NCBI GenBank assembly: GCA_963749445.1
Contig: CAVVMJ010000005.1
Span: 98,915 to 162,914 of the forward strand
Direction of reading: 5' to 3'
Origin: an uncultured bacterium
Lineage (GTDB): Bacteria > Patescibacteriota > Doudnabacteria > UBA920
Length of the DNA stretch: 64,000 nt
Positions 29,015-37,646 of this stretch are shown piece by piece (the first letter of the stretch is position 1; each line of letters begins with the position of its first letter). The notes below the pieces were generated by a model that ran no database searches, was not told the origin of the DNA, and saw nothing but the letters and a program-made list of their open reading frames with translations. The translations under genes were made by a program, and so were the position numbers.

Positions 29015-29284
29015 GTTGTTTATCCTCTTCAATCGAGATGCCTGGCAATATGCCAAGTCTAAGTAAATAATACATCAACAAAAAGGGATTTGTCAAATTA
29101 TGCTTATTATAAAGCGAGAAATAAAATGAAAAACATCAATCAAATATAGCCTAAGATAAGGGGGAATTTAAAATGGGCAAACATATTAAAAATTAGCTTA
29201 CAAACAAGGCAAAAGTTTATCGGTTAAATAGGACAGATAGGACAGATACGACTGATAAGACCGATAAAATGTTATAATTCGGCT

Positions 29285-29926
29285 ATGAGGATTTTTGTGG
29301 GGATTCCGTTGTCGGAGGAGTTGAGGGGGCGGGTTTTGGAGTGGGAGGGACAACATCGATTCGACCTCTCTGCCCTTCGGCTGCACTCGGGGCATCTCCC
29401 CTCGCCAGGGGAGAAGGGGAACACCGTACGATGGGTTGAGCCCAAGAATTTGCATGTGACGCTGGTGCCGCCCCTCGACTTCGCTCGGGGCCTGCGGCCG
29501 TCTGATATCGAGGGGATCATCAAAAAGTTGGAAACAGTTAAGCATCAGCCTTTTGAAATAAGGTTTGATAAGATATCGTTCGGGCCGAATGTTAGGGAGC
29601 CGAGGATGGTTTGGGCAAGCGGAAACGCGGGAGAGGAAATTAAGAAATTGAAGAAATTGATTGAAATTGCGTTAAGCGGCATTGTTGATAATTCGCGCGG
29701 CCGCGCGTTTTATCAACACGTTACGCTGGCGAGGATAAAAAACCCTCATCCGCCGCTCGATGCATCGCGGCACCTTCTCCCAGGGGGAGAAGGCGGGAAC
29801 ATCCAAGCGGTTGACTGGCGGATGAAAGTAGAAAAGTTTGTGCTTTATGAGTCGCATTTGTTGCCGCAGGGGGCGGATTACGAGGTTTTGGCCGAGTTTT
29901 TGCTACAGCCTTTTACTAAATGCTAA
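29285..29926 (+). CDS. thpR: RNA 2',3'-cyclic phosphodiesterase (2H family) with three palindromic inserts
   Basis: MRIFVGI, NLHVTL, HVTLAR, FVLYESHL. Confidence 0.9.
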   Translation: MRIFVGIPLSEELRGRVLEWEGQHRFDLSALRLHSGHLPSPGEKGNTVRWVEPKNLHVTLVPPLDFARGLRPSDIEGIIKKLETVKHQPFEIRFDKISFGPNVREPRMVWASGNAGEEIKKLKKLIEIALSGIVDNSRGRAFYQHVTLARIKNPHPPLDASRHLLPGGEGGNIQAVDWRMKVEKFVLYESHLLPQGADYEVLAEFLLQPFTKC

Positions 29927-29992
29927 AATGACTAAAATACTAAACCAGGAATCACCAGTTTAGTATTTTTAGCTTCTTTAGTATTTAGTAGA
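29914..29992. repeat. Empty inverted pair of TACTAAA tandem repeats (supplies the thpR stop)
   Basis: Same family as 20673-20763. Confidence 0.75.
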
Positions 29993-30033
29993 GGAGGCTT
30001 GCGAAAGATAACCATCTAAACTAAAATTAAAGA

Positions 30034-30750
30034 ATGAGGTTTGTGAAAAAGACCAAGTTAGCCATATTTGACATAGACGGCACGATATTTAGGTCGTCAC
30101 TGGTGATTGAGTTGAGCCACGCTTTGGTGAGCGCCAAAATTTTTCCGCCCCAGGCAAGGGAAGAAATCAGCAAGGAGTATTTGGCGTGGCTGGACAGGAA
30201 AGGCAGCTACGAGGCCTACATAGACAAAGTGGTAAAAATATACGCAAAGTACATCGCGGGAAAAAAGTTCACGGCGGTGGACAAGATCGCGCGACAAGTC
30301 ATCGCTTACCAAAAAGACCGCGTTTACCGTTTTACGCGGGATTTGATTAAGCGATTAAAATATCAGAAATATTTTTTGGTGGCCATTTCCGGCTCTCCGT
30401 CATATATTGTGGGAAAGTACGCCAAAGCCATTGGCTTTGATTTGTTTTTTGGCACGGAGCTGGAAATCATCAACGGAAAATTTACGGGCAAAACCGGCAG
30501 TTTGGACTCGGCTTACAATAAGGCCAAAATCGTGAAGGATTTGGCGCGCCAATATCAGGCAAACCTAAATCAGTCCTTGGCCATCGGCGATACCGAAAAC
30601 GACGTGCCGATGTTAAAGCTGGTTGGCCGCCCAATCGCTTTTAATCCCAATTTACAGCTGGCCAAAGCTGCCAAAAAATATGGCTGGGAAATAGTGGTGG
30701 AACGAAAGGATGTAATGTATAATATTAAAGATTTTAATTTTTACCAATGA
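30034..30750 (+). CDS. HAD-IB (SerB-like) hydrolase
   Basis: FDIDGT, ISGS, GDTEND, FNPN. Confidence 0.92.
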   Translation: MRFVKKTKLAIFDIDGTIFRSSLVIELSHALVSAKIFPPQAREEISKEYLAWLDRKGSYEAYIDKVVKIYAKYIAGKKFTAVDKIARQVIAYQKDRVYRFTRDLIKRLKYQKYFLVAISGSPSYIVGKYAKAIGFDLFFGTELEIINGKFTGKTGSLDSAYNKAKIVKDLARQYQANLNQSLAIGDTENDVPMLKLVGRPIAFNPNLQLAKAAKKYGWEIVVERKDVMYNIKDFNFYQ

Positions 30751-31463
30751 CCATTAGCATAATCATTCCCGCTTACAATGAGGAAAAATGCATCGGCGAC
30801 TGTTTGCGCGAGATTCTTCGGTATGCCCCGGAAAACTTAACAGAGATAATTGTCGTAGACAACGCCAGTTCGGATAAAACGGCGGAAGCGGCGTTGCAGT
30901 TTCCCAAAGTCCGCGTCGTGTTTGAGCCGGAGAAAGGCTTAACCAAGGCCCGGCAGCGCGGGCTTACGGAGGCCAGGAGCGATTTGCTGGCTTTTGTGGA
31001 CGCGGATAATTTGGTGCCCCGGGACTGGTTTAAAACCATTAATCGCGAATTTAACGCCGACCCCAACCTGGTCTGCCTAAGCGGTCCGTATGTTTATTAC
31101 GACACCCCCAAATGGCAGCAGTGGGCCGTAAAGTGGCTGTACTGGAATATGCTGGCGCGCGTAATTTATTTTTTTACCAAGTATATGGGCACCGGCGGGA
31201 ATATGATTATGCGCAAAGACGCGATCATACAAGCCGGGGGGTTTGACACCAAGATTGAATTTTACGGGGAGGACACGGACACGGTCCGCCGCCTGCACGA
31301 GGTCGGCAAGGTCAAGTTCGCCTGGAATTTTTTTATGCCGTCCTCGGGGCGGCGGTTTGCCAAGGAAGGCACGTTTAAAACCGGCGTGACTTACGTGGCC
31401 AATTATACCAACATCATGGTCAACAAAAAACCGCTGACTAAAAATTATAAGGATATACGCTAA
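30747..31463 (+). CDS. Glycosyltransferase family 2
   Basis: IIIPAYNEE, VDNASSD, FVDAD, YGED. Confidence 0.95.
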   Translation: MTISIIIPAYNEEKCIGDCLREILRYAPENLTEIIVVDNASSDKTAEAALQFPKVRVVFEPEKGLTKARQRGLTEARSDLLAFVDADNLVPRDWFKTINREFNADPNLVCLSGPYVYYDTPKWQQWAVKWLYWNMLARVIYFFTKYMGTGGNMIMRKDAIIQAGGFDTKIEFYGEDTDTVRRLHEVGKVKFAWNFFMPSSGRRFAKEGTFKTGVTYVANYTNIMVNKKPLTKNYKDIR

Positions 31464-31482
31464 AAGTTGATGGGCACAAAAG

Positions 31483-31582
31483 TTGATGGGCATATTCATG
31501 CGGCTGCAAAAGCTGATTGATATTTTTTGATCAGCGCGTCCGTCATAACCAACTAAAATATACCCTCGAAGATGCCCATCAA
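31483..31582. mobile_element. 100-bp MITE-like element, copy 2
   Basis: TIR TTGATGGGCATATTC / GAAGATGCCCATCAA; the left end is duplicated at 31462-31476. Confidence 0.65.
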
Positions 31583-31601
31583 TCAGAAAGTTTGAAATCA
31601 G

Positions 31602-32447
31602 ATGTCCGATTACTATAAACCAAAACGAAGCTACGGGATTTTTGATCCAAAGTCCGGGCAGCCGTATAAGTTAAGCCGCAGCAAACTGGATTTATTCTTA
31701 AACTGCCCGCGCTGTTTTTATTTGGACCGGCGTTTGGGCGTGGGCCAGCCGCCCGGCTATCCGTTTTCTTTGAACAGCGCGGTGGACGCGCTTTTGAAAA
31801 AAGAGTTTGATATTCATCGCGCGGCGGGGAACCCTCATCCGTTAATGAAAAAATACGGCGTGGACGCGGTGCCTTTACAGGATGAGCGGATGGATTTGTG
31901 GCGGGACGCCTTGCGCGGCGGCATCCAGTATCTTCATCAGCCCTCCAATTTTTTAGTCACCGGCGGCATAGACGATGTCTGGGTCAATCCCAAAGGCGAA
32001 TTAATCATCGTGGACTATAAAGCCACGTCCAAATCTAGCGAAGTCAATATAGACGCCGAGTGGCAAATTGGCTACAAACGGCAAATGGAAATTTACCAGT
32101 GGCTGTTTAGGCAAAACGGGTTTAAGGTTTCCGAGACCGGCTATTTTGTTTATTGCAACGGCGACGCGGACAAGGAAGCCTTTGACGCCAAGCTGGAATT
32201 TACTATTAAGTTGATTCCTTATAAGGGCGATTCGGGGTGGGTGGAAAAGGCCCTGATGGATGCAAAAAAATGTTTGTCATCCGCGGAAATTCCCAAAGCG
32301 CCATTGTCCTGCGATTTTTGCGCGTACCGGCAGGTCGCGGCCGAGGTAGAACATTTATCAGCGGTTTCAAAACCAGGAGCGAGGCCGAAGCCAACATCGG
32401 CCAAAACAAAAAAGAAACAAATAACGCAAGCAACCCCATTATTTTAA
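31602..32447 (+). CDS. PD-(D/E)XK nuclease (AddB/Cas4-like)
   Basis: CPRCFY, GGIDD, IVDYK, QMEIY, CDFC. Confidence 0.88.
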   Translation: MSDYYKPKRSYGIFDPKSGQPYKLSRSKLDLFLNCPRCFYLDRRLGVGQPPGYPFSLNSAVDALLKKEFDIHRAAGNPHPLMKKYGVDAVPLQDERMDLWRDALRGGIQYLHQPSNFLVTGGIDDVWVNPKGELIIVDYKATSKSSEVNIDAEWQIGYKRQMEIYQWLFRQNGFKVSETGYFVYCNGDADKEAFDAKLEFTIKLIPYKGDSGWVEKALMDAKKCLSSAEIPKAPLSCDFCAYRQVAAEVEHLSAVSKPGARPKPTSAKTKKKQITQATPLF

Positions 32448-32448
32448 T

Positions 32449-33108
32449 ATGAATTATAATCTTATTCGTTCCAACCGTCGGAGCGTGGCTTTGGTTGTTG
32501 ACCGCCAGGGTATTTTGGTTGTCCGCGCGCCGAAATTTGCCGCGTTGGGTGAAATAGAGCGATTTATTGCGCAAAAGCGCAGGTGGATAAAAAAACACCA
32601 ACAAGCCGCCGCGGAATTTAATCGCCGCAGGAAACAATATATAGAGGGGGAAAGATTTTTGTTTTTGGGCCAAGAATATCCTCTGAGGATTGTGGACGAG
32701 CATCATCGGCGGTTGGTATTTAATCAGCAGGAATTTTTATTGCCCGCACCGCAAGCCGCGCAGGCCAAAGAGCTGTTTGCCGATTGGTATCGCCGGCAGG
32801 CCGAATTTTTATTGCCCAAGCGGGCTGAGTTTTGGCGGCAAAAAATGGGCGTGATTTATAAAAAATTAACCGTCACCGGCGCCCGCAGCCGTTGGGGATC
32901 GTGTTCCGGCCGGGGAACGATAAATTTTTCCTGGCGCTTGATGACTATGCCGCCGGAGGTTATTGACTACGTGGTCATCCACGAGCTGGCGCATTTGGCG
33001 CACCATAACCATTCGCCGAAATTTTGGGCGTTGGTCGGGCAGTTTTGCCCGGATTTTAAGGCATCCAAAAAGGCCCTCAACGGCAACGGTAAAAACCCCA
33101 TTTTGTAG
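32449..33108 (+). CDS. YgjP/DUF45 (SprT-like) zinc metallohydrolase
   Basis: RWGSCS, YVVIHELAHL..HNHSPKFW. Confidence 0.92.
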   Translation: MNYNLIRSNRRSVALVVDRQGILVVRAPKFAALGEIERFIAQKRRWIKKHQQAAAEFNRRRKQYIEGERFLFLGQEYPLRIVDEHHRRLVFNQQEFLLPAPQAAQAKELFADWYRRQAEFLLPKRAEFWRQKMGVIYKKLTVTGARSRWGSCSGRGTINFSWRLMTMPPEVIDYVVIHELAHLAHHNHSPKFWALVGQFCPDFKASKKALNGNGKNPIL

Positions 33109-33250
33109 CCTTGCATTTTGCCTGTATGCGGTGTAAAATAAAATTACTTTAAATCTGCGGCCAGGGGGCCGGGATTTGGCGGGGAAGAAAATAAAAATTT
33201 TACGCCAGCTTTAATCTTTTTAAGCTTGGTTTTTGTTAAGCCTCAATTTT

Positions 33251-33673
33251 ATGTATTTTTTTGCTTACGGCTCCAGTATGAATCTGGCCCATATGCGGCG
33301 GCTCTGCGGCTGGAATTGCCGCCCCGTAGGCCCGGCTAAGCTGCTGGATTATGAATTCGGCCTGGACACGCGCGGCTATAACAATGTCCGTCCCATGCGG
33401 GGCGAATTTGTGTGGGGCACGCTTTTTGAGATTAACGAGGCGGCTTTGGCTTCCATGGATGAGTTTGAAGGCTATCCCCGGGTGTTTGACCGCCGTGAGA
33501 TTACGGTTGTCGACGATTCTGGGGAGAGCATGACCGCCTGGATGTACCTGCAGCCGGCTGACCAGTTTGGCAACAGCCGCGGCAAACCCGACCATGTTAA
33601 GGCAATCTTAACCGGAGCGCGGGAGAACGGCCTGCCCGAAGACTGGATTAAAAAACTGGAAACATTTTTATAG
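33251..33673 (+). CDS. Gamma-glutamylcyclotransferase (AIG2-like)
   Basis: YFFAYGSSM, VWGTLF, MDEFEG. Confidence 0.88.
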   Translation: MYFFAYGSSMNLAHMRRLCGWNCRPVGPAKLLDYEFGLDTRGYNNVRPMRGEFVWGTLFEINEAALASMDEFEGYPRVFDRREITVVDDSGESMTAWMYLQPADQFGNSRGKPDHVKAILTGARENGLPEDWIKKLETFL

Positions 33674-33758
33674 CGATTGCCGCGGGGCGAAAAAAGCACT
33701 TAATTACGTATTTATTTACGTATTTTTTTTATTTCCGCCCAAGTGCTATAATGGGCAT

Positions 33759-33971
33759 ATGATCAGAAAAATCTTTAAAACCGGGCATTCAGCCGCCGTC
33801 ACCCTCTCCAAAAAGATTTTGGAGCAGGCCGGTTTAAAGTTGGGCGACGGGGTAAAAGTTGAGGCCGATGAAGTAAAAGGCGCGATTATTATCCGTCCGG
33901 GAAACAAACAAAACCAGCTGGCGTTAAATTTGCATAGCAGGCCGAGATTGGGACCGTCATTAAAAAAATAA
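33759..33971 (+). CDS. AbrB/MazE-family DNA-binding protein
   Basis: RKIFKTGHSAAVTLSK..GLKLGD.V. Confidence 0.85.
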   Translation: MIRKIFKTGHSAAVTLSKKILEQAGLKLGDGVKVEADEVKGAIIIRPGNKQNQLALNLHSRPRLGPSLKK

Positions 33972-33975
33972 TCCT

Positions 33976-34242
33976 ATGGCCAAACATTTGAATATCAAAA
34001 TTTCGGGTCGGGTGCAGGGGATTGGTTTTCGCTATTGCGCTTACGAAAAATTCGTGGAGTTGGGCGTGCAGGGCAGGGCGGAAAATACCGGCGACCGCGG
34101 CGTACTCATCGAGGCGGAAGGTCCGGAGGCGCAGCTGGAACATTTGGTAAAGTGGTGCCACGAAGGGCCGAGCGGAGCCAGAGTCAGCGAAGTTTCAGTC
34201 ACCGAGCTGGCCGAGCCTTTTGTGCCGCAAAAAAATGGTTAA
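33976..34242 (+). CDS. acyP: Acylphosphatase
   Basis: ISGRVQGIGFR, GRAEN, GPSGARV. Confidence 0.93.
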   Translation: MAKHLNIKISGRVQGIGFRYCAYEKFVELGVQGRAENTGDRGVLIEAEGPEAQLEHLVKWCHEGPSGARVSEVSVTELAEPFVPQKNG

Positions 34243-34315
34243 TTTTGCGATGTTGATTTAACGCTCGGCCGCGCGTAAAATCAACAAAAGAGATGAAATC
34301 CGCCAGATAAATTTT

Positions 34316-34888
34316 ATGAAAAAAGCAGTCGTGATTGTCATCGTAATTCTCATCGTCGCGCTCGCGGGATTTGTTTATTATCGCAACCGCGAAGGAAAGT
34401 TAATGTCGTATTCCAACCCTTCATCTAATCAAATTAACACTACCACGCCTATGACTATTTCGAGCCCGGCTTTTGCGCAAGGCCAAGCTATCCCAAAAAA
34501 ATATACCTGCGACGATGCGGGCATCAACCCGCCGCTTAATATCAGTAGCGTGCCCCAGGAAGCGCAAAGTTTGGTATTGATTATGGATGATCCGGACGCG
34601 CCGGGCGGTACCTGGACGCATTGGATTGTCTGGAATATTTTGCCGTCCGTAACGTCAATCGCCGAGAATTCTGTTCCACCCGGAGCCATAGTCGGCCAGG
34701 GCAGCTCGGGACAAAACGTTTACGGCGGGCCTTGTCCGCCGAGCGGCATGCACCGTTATTATTTCCGTTTGTACGCCTTGCCGCTGAAATTGAGCATTTC
34801 TTCTTTTTCCGACGTTGCGGCTTTGCGCAAAGCCATGGACGGATACATTATTGCCGAGGCGGAATTGATGGGGACATATTCCAGATGA
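34316..34888 (+). CDS. YbhB/YbcL (PEBP) family protein, membrane-anchored
   Basis: DDPDAP, HW, YGGPCPPSG.HRY. Confidence 0.95.
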   Translation: MKKAVVIVIVILIVALAGFVYYRNREGKLMSYSNPSSNQINTTTPMTISSPAFAQGQAIPKKYTCDDAGINPPLNISSVPQEAQSLVLIMDDPDAPGGTWTHWIVWNILPSVTSIAENSVPPGAIVGQGSSGQNVYGGPCPPSGMHRYYFRLYALPLKLSISSFSDVAALRKAMDGYIIAEAELMGTYSR

Positions 34889-35004
34889 CAATTGACGATT
34901 AACAATTAATATCGAAAATAATAAAACTGGCGTCTGCGGCAGGATTTTAACCCGCGGGTGTTTTTTATGGTATAATGAAAGCGGTATAATCGTCTAGAAA
35001 CAAA

Positions 35005-36891
35005 ATGAAAGAATTGAAAAAAAGGATTGGCTTGTCTAACCAAAATATTGAAGGCGGGGGTTTACCCAGTACCACTTTTGGTCAGACCAAAAGTGGTACT
35101 GGGTTTAGTTTGATTGAGGTCGCGGTGACGCTGGCGGTGTTCGCAATGCTCGCCACCGCGGTTTTGGGCGTAGTGGCCGCGCTTAACCAGGCGGTCAAAA
35201 CCGCCCGCCAGTCAACCCTGGTGTCGTCTTTAGCCGACAATTATATGGAAATTGTCCACAATATGCCGTACAGCCAAATCGGCACGGTGCACGGCAATCC
35301 GGTCGGCACCTTGCCTGACTGCAACGGCACGCCGCCGACTTGTCCAGGCGCTCTTTTGGCCGCGATAGGCGGGCAGAATTATAAAATTTATTACGAAGTT
35401 ACTTACATTGACGATCCGGCCGACGGCGTGGCGCCGGCGGATCCGGCGCCGGCGGATTACAAGCAGGTCAAACTGAGCGTGCAAAACGCCCAGACCAACG
35501 GGGTGACCAATTTTGTGACCACGGTGGTGCCCAAGGGCCTGGAGAATACCAACAACGCCGGCGCCTTGTCCATTGGTGTCATCAATTATTTAGGACAGTC
35601 CGTGCCCGGCGCCACCATAACCATCCAGTCGCCGCCGACTAATCCGGTTATGAACCTGTCCCGCCTGACCGACGCAAACGGCAAGTGGACAGAAGTCGGC
35701 TTGCCGGCCGGGGCGAATAATTACCGCGTGACCGCGACCAAATCCGGCTATTCCACGGACCAGACCTATCCGATAACCGGCCAAAATCCCAATCCGACCA
35801 ATCCGGACGCCACGGTACTTAACGGCCACGTTACGTCGCTGACTTTTGGCATTGATGCGTTGGCCAATTTAACCGTCAACACCGTGGACCAATATTGCGG
35901 GCCCAAAAGCGGGGTCGGCATTAACATTTCCGGCGCCAAAATTATCGGCACTAATCCCAGTGTCTATAAATTTAACCAGAATTTTACTTCCTCCGCCGGC
36001 GCCGTGGTTTTGAACAATCTTGAATGGGACACTTACACGCCGGTGCTGCTAACCGGCCAGGGTTACGTGATTGCCGGAACTTCGCCGGTGCAAAAAATTG
36101 ACGTTTTGCCCGGCACCGCGCAGACTTTTACCATGGTGCTGAATTCCGTGACTACGGGCAATACCCTGCTAGTCATAGTCAAAGACGCGGCCACCCAGAC
36201 GGCCCAGGAAGGCGCGGCCGTGACTTTGACAAACGGCGTCCAGACTTACGGGCCGTACTATACCGGCGGCAGCGTTTGGATCCAGACCGACTGGAGCGGC
36301 GGGCCGGGGCAGGCTTTGTTTGACGGCGGAGGCAGCGCTAAGTATTGGACCGATGACGGCAACATCAACAACAATAATCCCACGGGACAAATCCAGCTGC
36401 GCAAAACCGGCAGCAGCTACGCGCCCTCGGGTTTTGTGGAATCATCCACTTATGATACCGGCACGGCCTCCAGCCAATACACCACTTTGACCTGGCAGCC
36501 CCTGGCCCAGAGCCCGAACACGACTTTGCGGTTCCAGCTGGCGGCCAATAATGACAACGCCACCTGGAATTACGTGGGTCCGGACGGCGCCACCAGTACT
36601 TATTACACGGTTTCGGGCACCAACATCAGCTCGGCGTTAAACAATAACCGTTATGTCCGCTATAAAACTTATTTATCCACCACGAACAGCAGTTCCACGC
36701 CGGTGCTGACTTCGCTGAATATTAATTACGTTTCCGGTTGCCGCACGCCCGGCCAGGTGCTGTTTAACGACAGTATGAGCTCAGGCGGCAATTACAAACT
36801 GACCGTGACTATGCCCGGCTACAGCACCTCCACCGTAAGCAATATGACGGTGAGCGGCGACCAGATCATTCAAGTGTTGGTGTCACCATGA
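35005..36891 (+). CDS. Large type IV prepilin-like protein with carboxypeptidase-regulatory-like domains (PilV-like)
   Basis: G|FSLIEV cleavage motif plus hydrophobic helix. Confidence 0.85.
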   Translation: MKELKKRIGLSNQNIEGGGLPSTTFGQTKSGTGFSLIEVAVTLAVFAMLATAVLGVVAALNQAVKTARQSTLVSSLADNYMEIVHNMPYSQIGTVHGNPVGTLPDCNGTPPTCPGALLAAIGGQNYKIYYEVTYIDDPADGVAPADPAPADYKQVKLSVQNAQTNGVTNFVTTVVPKGLENTNNAGALSIGVINYLGQSVPGATITIQSPPTNPVMNLSRLTDANGKWTEVGLPAGANNYRVTATKSGYSTDQTYPITGQNPNPTNPDATVLNGHVTSLTFGIDALANLTVNTVDQYCGPKSGVGINISGAKIIGTNPSVYKFNQNFTSSAGAVVLNNLEWDTYTPVLLTGQGYVIAGTSPVQKIDVLPGTAQTFTMVLNSVTTGNTLLVIVKDAATQTAQEGAAVTLTNGVQTYGPYYTGGSVWIQTDWSGGPGQALFDGGGSAKYWTDDGNINNNNPTGQIQLRKTGSSYAPSGFVESSTYDTGTASSQYTTLTWQPLAQSPNTTLRFQLAANNDNATWNYVGPDGATSTYYTVSGTNISSALNNNRYVRYKTYLSTTNSSSTPVLTSLNINYVSGCRTPGQVLFNDSMSSGGNYKLTVTMPGYSTSTVSNMTVSGDQIIQVLVSP

Positions 36892-37532
36892 AAAAAAAGT
36901 TAAAAGTTAAAAGTGGAAAGTGGAAAGCAAGTGCTGGGTTTACCCTGATAGAGATGCTGGTGTCTATTTTTTGCTTTAGTTTGATTGCTGTTGGCATGAT
37001 CGGCCTGATTTCCGCCATGTTCACCATTAACCGCCAGCAGGGAGGGCTGCTTTCCGACCAGGACCAGGCGCGCCGCTTGGCGTTTGGGATTATGTCGGAA
37101 TTGCGCAACTGCCAAACCTCGTCCTTGGGCGCTTACGCCATTGACACGGCGGGCGATCAGCAGCTGATTTTTTATTCCAACGTTGACAGCGATCAGGCCA
37201 TTGAAAAAATCCGTTATTTTGTTCAAAACGGCCAGTTGTGGAAAGGCGTGACCAAGGTTAGCGGCAGCCCGCTGGGCTATTATCCGGCCAGCGAATTCAT
37301 TACTATGGTGCAAAACAATTTGGCCAACGGGGCCAGTCCGGTTTTTTATTATTATGACGACAGTTATACCGGTACCCAAGGCGCTCTGGCCCAGCCTGTC
37401 AACGCCGTCAACATCAATTTTGTCAAAATTTCCCTCTCGGTTTACAATAAAGCCGGCGTCAGCAACGTTAACAGCTACACGGTTACCGCCAGCGCGGCCA
37501 TCCGCAATTTAAAAACCAATTTGGGATCATAG
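36888..37532 (+). CDS. Type IV minor pilin (PilW-like)
   Basis: G|FTLIEML; C-terminal IRNL. Confidence 0.88.
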   Translation: MKKKLKVKSGKWKASAGFTLIEMLVSIFCFSLIAVGMIGLISAMFTINRQQGGLLSDQDQARRLAFGIMSELRNCQTSSLGAYAIDTAGDQQLIFYSNVDSDQAIEKIRYFVQNGQLWKGVTKVSGSPLGYYPASEFITMVQNNLANGASPVFYYYDDSYTGTQGALAQPVNAVNINFVKISLSVYNKAGVSNVNSYTVTASAAIRNLKTNLGS

Positions 37533-37538
37533 TAAAAT

Positions 37539-37645
37539 AATTTCAAATATCAAATATCAAATTTCAAATAAAAGTCAAGTGTTTAAAATTTTAAAATTTG
37601 GCATTAGGATTTCATTTGTAATTTGTAATTTGGTATTTGACATTT
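37539..37645. repeat. Empty inverted pair of (T/A)CAAAT tandem repeats
   Basis: CAAAT repeats on the left, ATTTG repeats on the right; near-identical arm at 53036-53071. Confidence 0.75.
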
Positions 37646-37646
37646 T

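Noticed and set aside
31602-32447. Cas4 of a CRISPR system
   Set aside because: Solo PD-(D/E)XK nuclease among housekeeping genes; no cas context.
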